A stretch of 64,000 nucleotides of DNA, taken from positions 372,001 through 436,000 of the forward strand of contig CAJFCJ010000011.1 of the NCBI GenBank assembly GCA_904063045.1, given 5' to 3'. Below are positions 25,806-39,396 of the stretch, one piece after another. The notes under the pieces are model-generated. The model was not told where the DNA came from, did no database searches, and saw nothing but the letters and a program-made list of their open reading frames with translations. A program made the translations under genes and the position numbers. The stretch's first letter is position 1. Each line of letters begins with the position of its first letter. Source of the stretch: Dimorphilus gyrociliatus. Its lineage: Eukaryota > Animalia > Annelida.

Positions 25806-27776
25806 TTAGTCTTGTTCGGAATCTTCAAGTAGCGGTCCTTGGTCAATATTTTCATCTTTATTTTTCTTAGCTATGCTCCAAGGTTGTTCAACGCCAGAAC
25901 CAAATATTGCATAGGTTAAAGAGCCGAAAGCATATATTCCCGCTGATATAAAAAAGACTTTTTGCCATTGTTGTACAGAGTTCTGAAACACAAAATATTT
26001 CTTAAAAGTTCAAAGAGTTTACCAAAAAATTAGTATTACATTATGTTCAGTAAATGCAGTAACGACGGCTGGTCCAGCAAATCCGGGTATTGTTGCTATT
26101 GAGTTTGTGATTCCCAACAATGTTCCTAAAAGTAAAATTGTGTTAAAGAAGAGTATGAAAACTATTAAAACTGACCAGCAAAGGCTGGAGCAAGATCGAG
26201 ATGATTAACTTGAAAGCCTGCCGAGGCAATACCTCCTAAACCAACTGATAATGTTAAACAGATTACTGCAGCAGATCTGCTACAACCTATAAAACTAATA
26301 ACAACAAGAAATATTCCTGGTCCCATTAAACCTGTAAATTTAGAACGAGTGCAATTATTCAATTCACAAGAAATTTATTCAGAATTTAACAAACCGATGC
26401 CATTTGCGAGTTTTCTAACAATGGTCGTAGATAAAATCTGTCGTCTTCTCAGCAGATCGGCCACAACACCAGATAGGAACATGAGTATTAATTGTGTAAG
26501 ATAAGGCAAAGCTGACAAAAATCCGTTCTGTTAAACAATTAATCAATTTACTTTATGTTTCAATTTGTAGATATTTTAAAAAAGATAGCAAATTGTATTT
26601 TTAGTAACATACTTCTGATATATTGAACCTTAAAACGATTTTCATATATCTGGGCATGTTTGTTAATAGAGTATAAAATCCCCAGTTGTTACAAAAGTGA
26701 GCAGTTATTAAAGCCCAGAAAGGAACTGATAGGAAGATTGAAAACCATGGGACGGCAGGTCTCTGAAAAGGCGATTTAAAATACTTTTTAATAATCTTTC
26801 ATTTTATTCTTACTTGTTTCGTTGATGCATCTCCTATAGTTTGCTCTAGGAAAAGGCATTCTTCTATTGAAATTCTTGGATGTTTACCTGGTGAGTCGTA
26901 GACAAATACAATCCAAGCAATAAACCAAATAAGTCCTACTGTCCCGAAGATGTAAAACACGGAGGGCCAACCACCAAGGAATGTCGATTGACATAAAATG
27001 CCGGATATTGGAAGCGATATTACTGTTCCAAGCTGTGCTCCTGAATAAATAAAAGACCCTAACTGACTTCTTTCCATAGGAGGAGCCCATTTACTAAGTA
27101 AAGCATGCATGGCAGGAAAAGTAACCCCCTCTCCTATTCCTTCCAAAATTCTCACAGCCACAAAGAGGCCGACACTAGTTCTAGCTGCTAGAGGCGTAAT
27201 TAAAGTCAATATAGATGTACATAACACCCCTAAGCCGTATACAAGTTTAGCTCCAAATTTTTCAGCCATCCAACCCCCGGGAATTTGAGTAACAATATAT
27301 CCATAAAAGAAAGCAGCTAAAATTAGATTTTGAGTATTTGAATCCCAATTAAATTCTCCTGTCTGTTAATTTACTCTATTTAAATATTAATTAAATGAAA
27401 AAGTTATCTTACATTCAATTGTTTAGTTGTATTAGCATTGGGGTTGGGACATTCGTTTGAGGTGTCATTGTCTTTTGAATAGCTAGCATTTACCATAGCC
27501 ACTAAGGCTACGCTTAGATTAACTCTCATAGCATAAACGTTGACAAAACCAAGAAATGAAAATAGAGCCATAATGTGACGACACGAAATCCATCCTGAAA
27601 ATATGTTCGAATAATGGTAACATAAGGTATACACAAAGATGGAATCATTTAGCTATTATAAACCTGAGAAAAATTCGTATTATTATTTAAATGTAAATAC
27701 CTTTATAGCTTGCTATTATTTTTTGGCTAACGTTTTCAGTTTTGTCAGAAGATACTAAAGCTTCTTGATCCGACAT
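25806..27776 (-). CDS. SLC17A5: SLC17 sialin-like MFS anion transporter
   Basis: SCRHIMALFSFLGFVNVYAMRVNLSVALVAMV, GEGVTFPAMH..WAPPMERS, GWPSVFY and NHLDLAPAFAG. Confidence 0.88.
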
Positions 27777-27793
27777 CCTCCTGCCTAAGTCAG

Positions 27794-27821
27794 GTCACAT
27801 GACACTAACATATCACGTGAT
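27794..27821. promoter_or_regulatory. Two E-boxes (CLEAR-like) in the sialin/REV3L bidirectional promoter
   Basis: GTCACATGAC (27794-27803) and ATCACGTGAT (27812-27821), 18-45 nt upstream of the SLC17 ATG. Confidence 0.45.
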
Positions 27822-28033
27822 GAAGACAAAGCTGGACAGGTCTGATTAGTGTGGCTCGTTTTTACTTTATATTTGACGCATCGCCTCCAAATAAAAGGAT
27901 TAAAATCCACTTTTATATTATATTTGCAATACAAAAACAACATGTTTATATAATTTAGAAGAAGGTTCTTATCCTTAGTCTTAAATACGAAATAATGCTG
28001 ATTACATAGTTTCACGATATTAGGAAAAAAATT

Positions 28034-31000
28034 ATGTCATCGGTAATTTCAGAAGAGGAGGCTAAAGTAAGTGTTTAATAACTTAGCCCTTTGTTGAAAA
28101 TCTATAATTAGAAATTTGAATAATATATAATAATAGTGTTTTTATATATTCTATTATAGGAGAGTAGTCAGAAGATGGATAACGAGTCAGATTGTTTTAT
28201 AATAACTCCTCAAACTTCACCTCCAACGACTGAGGAAATAACGAAGGATCAGTCTACACCTACATCAAAGCCAAAACCAAAATTATTAACTAGTACACCA
28301 AGAATATCAATTGAATCTACCGATCAAAACACTCCTGGTCTCGCATTAACACCAATATCTGAAACTTTATCTCAAAGAGAAACGAACTTGTTACGGAAAT
28401 CTTTGTCACTGGAACGAACACCAGTAAGTAGAGAAAATTCCCAAAAAAGGTTGAAAAGAAAAAAACGTCTTACATCTAACGCTTCTTGTATTGAAGAATT
28501 AACTCCAGAGAATACCTATAACTTCAGATTAGACAGCCTTAGAGTAGACAATGAAAAAACTATTGAAAATATGACTGTTATGAGCTTAGAGCTGTTTACT
28601 GAGACACGGCAAAATCTCTTACCAAATCCAGAATATGATCAAATCATTGCTATATTTTATTCAATTTATGAAGACAGTATGGCATCTAAAGAAGAATTTC
28701 TCGTTGGTTGTATGATCGTTGAAGGTAGCGAAGATCATATCCAATGTCACAAAGAGAATGTGCTCCATATTGTTCAAGACGAAGCTACGCTCTTTGAAGA
28801 ATTGGTTCGGGTTGTTCGAAGTCATGATCCAGATATATTTATAGGCTTTGAAATAGATACTCTCTCTTGGGGATATTTGCTGGATAGAGCGAAAATCTAT
28901 GACATTAAGTTAAGATCTCAATTGTCACGTGTTCCTTTACAACCGGAAAATATAAGGGACGTGGTTCTAAAATAATTTAATAATCATTAGTATATTAAAT
29001 ATGTAAAATAAAAAGAGTTATTAATTTTTTTGGAATCACATTCCAGAACTTCTTTTCAAGATAAACATTCAATGCCTGGTCGGATAGTGCTTAATCTATG
29101 GAAAGTTCTAAGACACGAATTAACTTTAAACATCTATACTTTTGAAAATGTTCATTTTCATGTTCTTCATAGGAGAGTGCCTAAATACGATTGGCCTACT
29201 CTACAGTCTTTGTGGAAATGGAATCGTTGGAGACTCATGGATTACTTTTATACAAGAGTCGTTGGAAATAATTGGATTATTCTACAACTAAATTTAATAG
29301 GTCAGACTAGTGAATTAGCAAGGGTATTTGGTATAGAATTTAGGGATGTTCTCTCAAGAGGATCTCAGTATAGAGTAGAGTCTATGATGCTACGGTAAGT
29401 TTTATCATAAGGGAAAAGAGTTAATTTTTTTTCTGTCTTTATTCTAAGAGTAAGTCGATCAAGAAATTACGTTCCTGCTAGTCCCAGCGTAGAGCAGAGA
29501 TCAAGGCAAAAAGCTCCGGAATGTGTACCATTAAATATGGAACCTCATTCCAAAGTTTACAAAGATCCCGTTATAGTCCTTGATTTTCAATCTCTATATC
29601 CGTCGATAATGATTGCTTACAATATTTGTTTCACAACCTGCTTAGGAAAATTATATAATCTTAAGAACTGCGATAAATCTGATATAGAATTGGGATGTTG
29701 TCAGTATTCCATTGATCCTCAAGAAGTTGTTCGGTTAGCCGATAAAAATCTCCTCTACGTATCGCCTAATAAAGTTGTATTCGTTAAGGTTGTTTGATTT
29801 ATTATTGATGATAAGACAAATCAGTTCAATTTTTCTATTGTTCTATTCAGCAAGAGGTTCGGACGGGAGTTATATCAGATTTAGTGGACGATCTAATAGA
29901 AACTAGACAATTAGTGAAAGCTCGATTAAAAGAATGCGACGATAAAAGTAAATCTAGACTATTACAAGCCAGGCAACTAGGTTTGAAATTAGCTGCAAAC
30001 ACTACGTACGGTTATACTGCTGCGTCGTTTAGCGGTAGAATGCCCTGTGTGGAAGTTGCTGACGCTATAGTCCAGACGGCTAGAAAAACTCTTGAAAATG
30101 CCATCGAACTAGTCAAGAAAGAGTTTCCTATGTGTAAAATTTTGTATGGTGACACTGATTCTATGTTCGTTTTGACGCCTGGTAAAACAGTTGCCGAAGC
30201 TTTTGAATTAGGTATGAGTAAGCTATTTATTACATATACAATATATATATATACAGTATATATATGTTATAAGTATACCAATGTTTTAATTATTGAAATT
30301 CCTATCAGGAAAACAAATGGTTAAGGTAGTTACTGATGCTAATCCACCACCCGTTAAGTTAAAATTGGAAAAAGTTTACTCATCTTCCGTTTTGCAAGCA
30401 AAGAAAAGATATGCTGGATGGGCTTACGAAAGTCCTGATGGAGAACCTTTCCTCGATTGTAAGGGAATAGAAACAGTAAGAAGAGACTCTTGTCCTGTAG
30501 TGTCAAAAATACTCGCGAAAACTTTAAATCTATTACTGAGGGCACCGAATATTCAGGAGGGTGTTCGCCTTGTTAAGGAGTATGTCCTTAAGCAATGTTC
30601 TAAAGTATTAGCGGGAAGGGTCAACGTGCAAGATTTCATCTTGGCTAAAGAATACAGGGGCAGCTATAAACAAGATCACATACCTGCTGCTTTGATAGCA
30701 AGAAAGAGATTAGCGGCTGATCCGAGATCGGAACCCAAAATTTCGGAGAGAGTACCTTATGTTATTATAAGTGGCCCTCCAGGAGTACGTCTTAAAGATA
30801 ATGTTCGAGAGCCTATAGAACTTCTAGTTGATTCATCATTAAGAATTAACGCTGACTACTATTTGAGTAAACAAATCCTTCCTCCTTTACATAGAGTATT
30901 ATCTTTAATTGGAATTGACGTGTTTAGTTGGTACCAAGAGATTCCTAGAACGCTACAATTAGGCGGTAGCGTAAATGCAAACAAGAAAACTATTTCACAA

Positions 31001-31303
31001 TTCTTTATGGGCGCGGAATGCGCAATATGCTCGAGTAGGGTTCAACCGAAATCTATTGTCTGCTCAACATGTCGCGAATCGGAAGGAAAGTGTTGCCTTA
31101 TTCTTGAGAAGATGGCTTTCGACATAGAAAAAGCATATATAAACGCTTCGAAAATATGCAAAACTTGCAAAAACTACAACAGTGATGATAAAGAATGTAA
31201 AAGCTTTGATTGTCCTGTTCTTTTTAGAATAGAAAAATTTCGTAGGAAATTAGACCATGCATCACTTTTAAGAGATGCCGCTAAAAATCTAAATTCGCAA
31301 TAA
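28034..31303 (+). CDS. REV3L: DNA polymerase zeta catalytic subunit, short form (about 960 aa, 6 exons)
   Basis: DFQSLYPS, KLAANTTYGYTAASFSGRMPC, YGDTDS, KGIETVRRD, and the CysA (CAIC..CSTC) and CysB (CKTC..CKSFDCP) clusters. The exon 2/3 junction is uncertain. Confidence 0.93.
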
Positions 31304-31933
31304 AAAATCTAACATAGAGAGCTCTTTACAAGATTATGAAAGATTTTTTTCCCCTCTATAGGCCTATTGTCGTTGTTTTGTGCTTATACTATCATTTTTC
31401 CCCCTATTTATTTAAAAGAACATAGAAAATTTTTTATACAATTATTGAAGTTTGTATACAATAAACTCTTTTATGATAAAGTCTGTTTCTATATGATTAT
31501 ACTATATATATTAGTATATGTATATACTGTATATACTTTATACTTGATATATACTAGGTTAATGGATATTTTTAAGAACTTCCTTATATCTTAGAGTAAT
31601 ATGAATGAATTTCCCAAAGAGAAAAAGATTTATACACTTCCTATAAAAATGGATTTCAAATCATTATTTCATTAAGGCAAAGTTATTAATTTTCCGACGC
31701 TTTTTAGGTGTTAAAAAAGGAGTTGAAACGTTATTTGATATCTTAAATTTTAATATTCTCTAATTTCCTTTGAAAAATCTATTTCAGAGATTTTATTTAA
31801 TAGAAACAAAAAAAAGGGAAAAACAGAGAGAAGATACATAAATTATTAGCGATCAGCGCTTGTTCCAGTCACCGGATTTCATACAAGTCAGACGTTTGAG
31901 AGGAGTGAAACAGGAAACAGCTCTTCTCTCGTG

Positions 31934-32347
31934 ATGATGAAATTTATTCTAGTAGTTTCTGTTCTGCTGCTAAACGGAGTTGTTTCACTAGAATATCGTA
32001 AGATTTTAGTTAATTTTCTTTCTTAGGGAATAAAAGATTTTAAAGCAGAAATTAATCTTTTAGAATATTCATCATTTTTGGAATTTCCAAATAGAATTTT
32101 ACAACCGAATTTGTCAACTTCTAAAATAGATAAAGATTGCGTCGAAAATTGTTTAAAGAAGGAACTCTTAACAGAATGTGTACGACTGAGATGTCCAAAA
32201 GAGTACAATTATCTCTGGGCGTCCTTAAAACCCAATCATTCTCTCAATATACGGAATTGCATCGAACAAAATTGTCTAAACTCATTAAAGGAAGGTTTGT
32301 ACAAAGGTTTTCGTCTATGTGTCATGGTTTGTAAATTAAAAGTATAA
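31934..32347 (+). CDS. Orphan secreted 8-cysteine protein, 115 aa (exons 31934-31997, 32064-32347)
   Basis: Signal peptide MMKFILVVSVLLLNGVVS splices in frame to the Cys-rich ORF. Cys pattern C-x3-C-x8-C-x4-C-x21-C-x4-C-x14-C-x3-C. Confidence 0.7.
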
Positions 32348-33191
32348 CTTTATATCAGAAAAGCATGTATAAACACTCCTAATAAGATAATATTAATTAC
32401 AGCATTATAGTTAATACACTAAAAACTATTTATCTCGTAAACAATTACAATTTTCTAAAAATAGCTTGAACAATATATTGAATAATTTAATTATTTAAAT
32501 AGCCATAATCTTAATGGATAATTGGATCATTTGTCACAGTATAAGTTTCATTTTCTTTCTGCAAAGGTACTGATTTACAATCATATTAATCATGTTTAAT
32601 AATTTTTTCCAACTGTAAAAGATGTAAGATAATAATTGAAACAAGCATTGTAAGTAGACAATTTTTTCTTACACCTTCCAACATTCATATCTTTTTTGAA
32701 GTCATCAGAGACTTGCTCAATTTGTCTTCACTGTCTCGCATTTCAAATGAAAGATACTTACTCCTCATAAAATAATAAGGAATCAGTACTTTCGTAAAAG
32801 AATATAATACATTCCTAAACGTGCTCTCTTTCTCTCTCTCTCTCTCCTCGGCTCCTCTCTTTGTTAAATGATAAAATATGAGCAATTAAAAGTTCTATAA
32901 TTAGTCTTGCCCTACCCTTCTTTGTCTCTAACTATATGTTAATTGTATTTTGAAAAATTGCTATATTTCTCTTTCATGCTCTCATAGGAATATGAAAAAG
33001 TCTTAACTATCCTAATAAGTAAAAATTAAGAGAATAACTAATGATATCATTCTTCTCTATTACATTTTGTCTTCTCTTGATACTTCTCTTAAATGGTAAA
33101 CATTTGAGATAATTCTAACTAAAATTTCTATTAATAATCCAGATTAGAGTCTGAAAATAATCTAATTCACTATTTAATCTTGTTGATACCG

Positions 33192-33194
<3 letters not shown>

Positions 33195-33222
<28 letters not shown>
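33195..33222. repeat. (TA)14 microsatellite
   Basis: Seen directly in the sequence. Confidence 0.95.
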
Positions 33223-33228
<6 letters not shown>

Positions 33229-33424
33229 CTATATTAACTATATGCATATTAAAATAATTAAAATCTAGATCAAATTTTCGTTATATATTTTATTTGTGAA
33301 TTAAAACCTTGAAAAAAAAAATTGATTTTTATGAAAATTGTACATAATGATATAATTCTATTATGAGGGAATTTTATTTAAGAAGATATACAACAAAAGA
33401 AAAGAAAAAAAAACAGGCTTGAAA

Positions 33425-36400
33425 TCAAAAATGTACAGTCAATCTATCTATTTCCGTTAAATCGCTAAAAATCTGTTGAAAGGAAAAGAAAACTAATTAT
33501 ACTATTAATAGAAATTAGCGAAGGGTAGCTAACCTGACTGTCAGTAGTACCAATTCTTCTAGCTAGCTCTTGTTGTTCAAGTTTGTTCAGATGAATGTAG
33601 CGCCATAATAGTTCTCCATCGAGTACGTTCTTATTTATATTCGTAAGGAGCTTTTGTTTTTGGCGATACAATCTGAAAGAAAATTTTAAATAGTATACAA
33701 CTATTACTTCAACGAGTAACAATTATTATTTACCTATAACCCTTCGGATTGAGACCACCGTAATGGGCAAGAAATGAGGTAAGCATATTATGTAACATTA
33801 GTAATCTTCGATAAATTTTTTCAGAGACAGGCTGTATATAGCCAACACATCCATCTAGACTAGCTGTAGTTTCATTTTTATCAATAAAATACTTTTTTAA
33901 AAACGAAAATAACAAAATATTTACCATAGTATGTTGTGTGTCTCATGCTGGTGTTTTTATCTACAACGAAGTTCTCTATTGATGGATCAGTCCATCTGCA
34001 TCGAACCCTTACGAAACTGGTAATACTTGTGCCTACGTTAAAATCTCCTTTTCTCAATAATTTTTGACCACCTTCACTCTCTTTCACTGTAATTGTTTAC
34101 ATATATATTTAAATTAGTTTTAAAACAAATCATTCAAGACAAGATTAACATACCTTCGGGAAGAAAAGAATACAGCAATAAATTTTTTTGAGCATCGGAA
34201 GATAAGAAACATAAATTAGCATTATCGACCATAAATTCGCAACCCATGGTCTCCACATATCCAACATCCTTGAGACATAATTTTAAAGTTATTAATTTTC
34301 GTTATAACAACCATAACTTAATATATAGGTGAATTAATTAAGAAATCTTATTCTTACCTTACTAACAACACTTAAAACTTTAAATTCTGGTTGATATCTC
34401 ATTAGGAAAATGCTTTTGCAAACGTCAGCCGCCAAAATGAGATTTTTAATAACACATAATTGATGAATATAAATTGTTGTGTCTATAAAAGCTAAGCCTC
34501 GCAATTCTCCTTCGTGTAATTGCCATATATAAATCTATAATTTATTAATATACAATTAATTATATTAATACCCAAGAAAATATTACTTTTTGGCCAGTTG
34601 CTGAAACCAAATTGCCATCTACAGATGCCAGGCACGATACTGGTCCTTTTTGTTCGTCGTCATGCATTGTCTTTAGATTTTAAAGAGCGTAAAAATATAT
34701 ACTTAAAATATTATGAATTACTTTTGTTTTAAATCGGGTTAATGGTTTATCGGGTTCTGGAACAACTTCAATAATATCCAAAATAACAATCTAAAAATAG
34801 AAACTTGATGTTGAAACATACATTGTCTTTAAATTTATATAATTTTAGAAGTTTTAGAGAAATATAAGCTAGAGACTCACTCTTCCTCTGGCAGTTACTT
34901 CTTCACCGAGAACAGTTGTCGTACAAAAGGCTACATAAGCTTTTAATCCAGTAACAGTACCTTCGCATTTTAGGGTTACTATTTTACAATCAGTTATGTG
35001 CTCAAATTCTTCCAGAGGAAATCTTTCAGAATTAACAAAATTACAATTCAATAATATTAATTCTTCAGACAATGATGTTACTTACGAAACTTGAGGTACT
35101 TGTTCCCACGACGATGATGTGTAAAAATTTAGCGAAAACTTCTCCGTAGTTGGATAGACGTATTTGTCATCTTTAAAGGAATAAATCATCATCAGACGCT
35201 GCTTTAAAGACTTAAATATGTAAATGGTAAAATTACCCCGGGCGGGAGTCTCAAATTCTTTTTCTCCATCATTTTGAATTTTACAAATCTTAACAGCCTT
35301 TTCAGAGACGCTTGTAACAACAGCATACAGCTAAAAAATAATTACATATATAAATATTATTTTTTAAGAAGGTGATTTTTAACCTTCATATCCACATGAA
35401 ACGCTATGTGTTGGGGAGTTGCCCTTAAAGCTACTTTTCTTACGGGCCAATGCGCATCATATGATAAATGCGTTGGCAGGACTGATATCCGTAATTCATC
35501 TCTCTTATTGAAGTAGAGAAAACCCTTAGGGCAATTTACATTGTGGAATTGAGCAAACGATACTATTCTGTTATCAATAGGCATCGGATGTAGACGTAGT
35601 TGACCTCTACCTGTCATTATAACCCAATGCGGACAAGGTCCACAAATAAATAAACCACTATAGCCAGCAACATCAGTGAAAGGTCGAAGCCATTTCATTT
35701 TATCACTTAAGATTTCTTCCTCTTCTTCATCTTCCTCACTTATATTTGAACGAGGACGCAAGATTAGATTATGTTGAAAAAGACGCCATCTAATCTTTAA
35801 TCGATCATTTGGACCATCTGGATACTGAAATGCTTCATAGATGAGCAAATCGTTATCCACTCGAGCCTGAAAGATAGAATATACAAAGTTTTTATAACTA
35901 TCAAAGGGATATGGACTTACGAATATGTAAGGTCTACTTTTCGTTGGTCCAAGAGCAACAATAAGAAGCTCGTGCAGTTGTAAACTTTGTGTTGCCTCGT
36001 TACTTAGAGCGTAAAAATTAAATAAATAAATTAAATTCGTTTCTTTTCAACAATTTGTTCTAGATCTTACTTTATTGTTTTATTCTTCGTATCATCCATT
36101 AAAACTGCATCTCCAATTGGTAGATTTTCGATCAAGTAAACCATTTTATAGTCAGGCAAAGAATAAACTTCAACACTGCCATCTGATCGAGATACAAACA
36201 ACCAATATGTGGGTATAAAGTGCCCTTCATCATAATTTGCTTTTTCTTCGGCTTCTGACAATTTATCATTAGATTTAGATGACTCGATGACATTGTCACC
36301 ATCTCCATAAAGTAATTCATCTTCATCATCTATACTCTTGCTATATACGATCAAATAAGACTGAAAATTGATATGCTTTTGTGCAATTTTTCACATACTT

Positions 36401-39091
36401 TTTTACTTCTACTTTTGGAACTTCAACCTTCTTATCCGGTTCAGTGTCTTTTGGTACAACAATTTCCGTAACAAATAAACCGCTAACATCCTTATAAACA
36501 GATAGGATATCTATTTTAGGCGACTGAAAGAAACAGTACCATCAAAGCACTTATTAGTTTATCTAACCAAAAACCCAATTATCTTACTAGAGCTATCATC
36601 GGTTGTGCAGGCATCAATTGTGCCGACCCGCTTTCCGATTCATTTTCTTTAAGAGTAAACTGTAAGACTTGACCATTTTGATCCACTAGAAATACGTAAG
36701 GATAATCAACAGAACAGTGATGAATTGGTGATCCCATGTCCACGGGTAATTTTTGGATATTTTTTTCGCCAAATAATAATTGAACACTACTAGTTGTTAC
36801 CTATAAAAAGTTAGATAAAAATGAAAATGAATACAATTTACTTATTAACTTTCTCACCTGTATAGTATATTGACCGATATTACCCGCAAAAATAGTACTC
36901 TCATCTGTTGTAAAACCTGTATTGTCTAACTCAAGAATTTCTTGTCCAGTTTGAAGGACCATAGTACAATCCTCTCTACTTAAAATTAGAAAGGAATGCT
37001 CATCAGAATTATTATGAAATACTGTCCACATATCAAGCGTTCCTGATAGTTCAAAAGTAGTAACAATTTGTGGTCGAATTGTTCTTTGCAGAACACACAC
37101 AGCTCCATTCTTTCCGTATCCCGAAGATGTTATTAGTTCAACATCGGGATCATTTCTTCTACTAAATTCATCCGAAAGAAAAGGTGGTTCTCCAAGAACA
37201 GCTCTACCACAAGGCCCGATATTTAAAAGACTATCACATACTTCAAATGTATATTGCATTATTGAACTGCTTTCCTTTACAGCTGCAGCATCGTTTTCAC
37301 CATACACAACTAAATCGAAATTGTCAAAATTATCAAAATCTTCTTTGACTTCATCTAACTTTGGTTTCTTTGTTGTAGGTTCATCCCCAATCGAGAGAGA
37401 GTCTTTCGGTTTATATTTCAATAACAGAGAATTACCTAATCTTGACCCAAGAAATAGATAATTTGGACCACAGATGCTTACCTGAATATATAAAAAAAAT
37501 ATTCAATTGAAATTAACTAGAACTTGTGCTATATATACATACGCAAGTTGTTATAACACTGGCAGCCGCTTTTTCAAAGTGCATATCTCTCACTCCCCTC
37601 ATTGTGTCCGTAATTAAAGTTAGAACGTATCTGATATAAATAAGTATAGTTTCTTATGATCAACTACATTGTAGAAGGTCTACTTACAATTCACCTCCTT
37701 TCAGTGATAAAACCAATCTGTCATAGTCTATAAAGTCTGCATTCGAACAGTCCAATGATAGAGAAATATCATCTAATGATTCTGTTAAAATATATAATTA
37801 ATAAATTCGAGCGACAACCTTTTAGTTAATCACTTACTGAATTTAACCTCTGTTGAAAACTGAGCAATATTGTTAACTGCAATGCACAAAGATGGAACAC
37901 TCTGATTGGCATATGTAAGAGTATTTGCGGCGAACAAGAGAACTCCTCCAATGGGTTTGGGTATAGGTAACACCATGTGAGAATCGTAAGGCAAATTCGA
38001 CTGACACCAAATGATAGGAGGATGAATTTTCTGTTGAGCATTTATTGATAGTGCTGCGAAACTGCAAGTATCACGTCGCATAGCTATCCGACTACAAGTA
38101 AATGATATATCTTTAGTTTCCTACTTTTTAACTATAATGCATCACTTACCCTGACCAAGTTGGAAGTGGATCATATAAAATGAACAAGGTTGGTTCATAA
38201 TAGCCATGTAAGAATTTCATGTCCAAAACGTTACATATTTTCTCATCTAAATTCTTAAGTTTAATTACGTATGAAGGAAAAACTGATTGCTCTCTGCAAA
38301 AAATTCAACTATAATCATCAAAATACAAACTCTTATTATTCTTCATTACAAATCCTCTTTCTCAGTATCAAATTCTTCATCTGGTCCTGATTGTCTTTGA
38401 AATGGAATAATTGCTAATCTACTCTCATAGACAAGCATAGCTGCACATCTATTTTCGGGATCACATCGAACTATGGGAATATATGACGTGGTATCAACAC
38501 ATCCTTCCTATGGACAAACTTTCCTGTTATTACCATTATTCTTCATTAAAATGAAATAAAACCTTAAATTCCTCATCTTGAAATGAGTGCATGGATACCG
38601 TTCGTAGATCATGAATTGCTGGGTCGAATTCGACAATAGAACACTGATAAGAAAATAAATTTCTTTCAAATTTTGTACATCTAGTTAAAATTTATAATTA
38701 TCCAAAGAGCATTAACTTTATGATGAATATAAAACGAGGTTATGACAAATTTAATCCAGAATTTTGCCTATTTTAAAAATGATGTAAACAACAATACCTT
38801 TGCTTCATGAAATGCTAATATTAATGAATCCCTTGTGTTGTGCTTCAATCGCACTTTATCCATTGACATAATATTCCCGAATAGTTTGAATGTGCATATG
38901 CATTCCAGACAATGTGTCTTTTTTGAGGATATATCTTTAGGGGATAATTCAGCATTCTGATTAATCTTATAAACTTGAAGTTCGTTAACACTGGCTACAA
39001 TCAACTGCTTTTCGTAGGGTGATGTAAAATTACAATAAATGCTATGTTCAGCTCCAGTAGGAGGATGAAGTTGACGACAAATCGAATACAT
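33425..39091 (-). CDS. CPSF1: Cleavage and polyadenylation specificity factor subunit 1 (CPSF160), many exons
   Basis: [80 protein letters not shown] and LDGELLWRY. Confidence 0.96.
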
Positions 39092-39145
39092 TTTGAAGAT
39101 AGTTTAGCCGGTGAGCGATAATTGATAATTACAACAATATACAAA

Positions 39146-39156
39146 TGCGCATGCGC
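39146..39156. promoter_or_regulatory. NRF1/ewg-type motif in the CPSF1/FSIP1 bidirectional promoter
   Basis: TGCGCATGCGC. Related GCGCATGC motifs occur in other intergenic promoters at about 20607, 43543, 49391 and 55711. Confidence 0.45.
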
Positions 39157-39396
39157 GCTGGTAATTCGATTTTTAAGAAGTTACAAGGTTTATAATATAA
39201 AATTTTTAAACGCTTTTTCAATAAAATGTCGCTAGAAATTTTTAGCAAGTCATTAAAAATTAAATCCTATCTAGAAATTCGAGTATAACACAGAAAGCTC
39301 TTTATTCCTTCATGGTAATTTAGCTTTTTCTGCGAATAGATACCATGGTTACATATTAAACTTCCGGTAGGAAAAGTGTATTTATCGCTCAACAAT

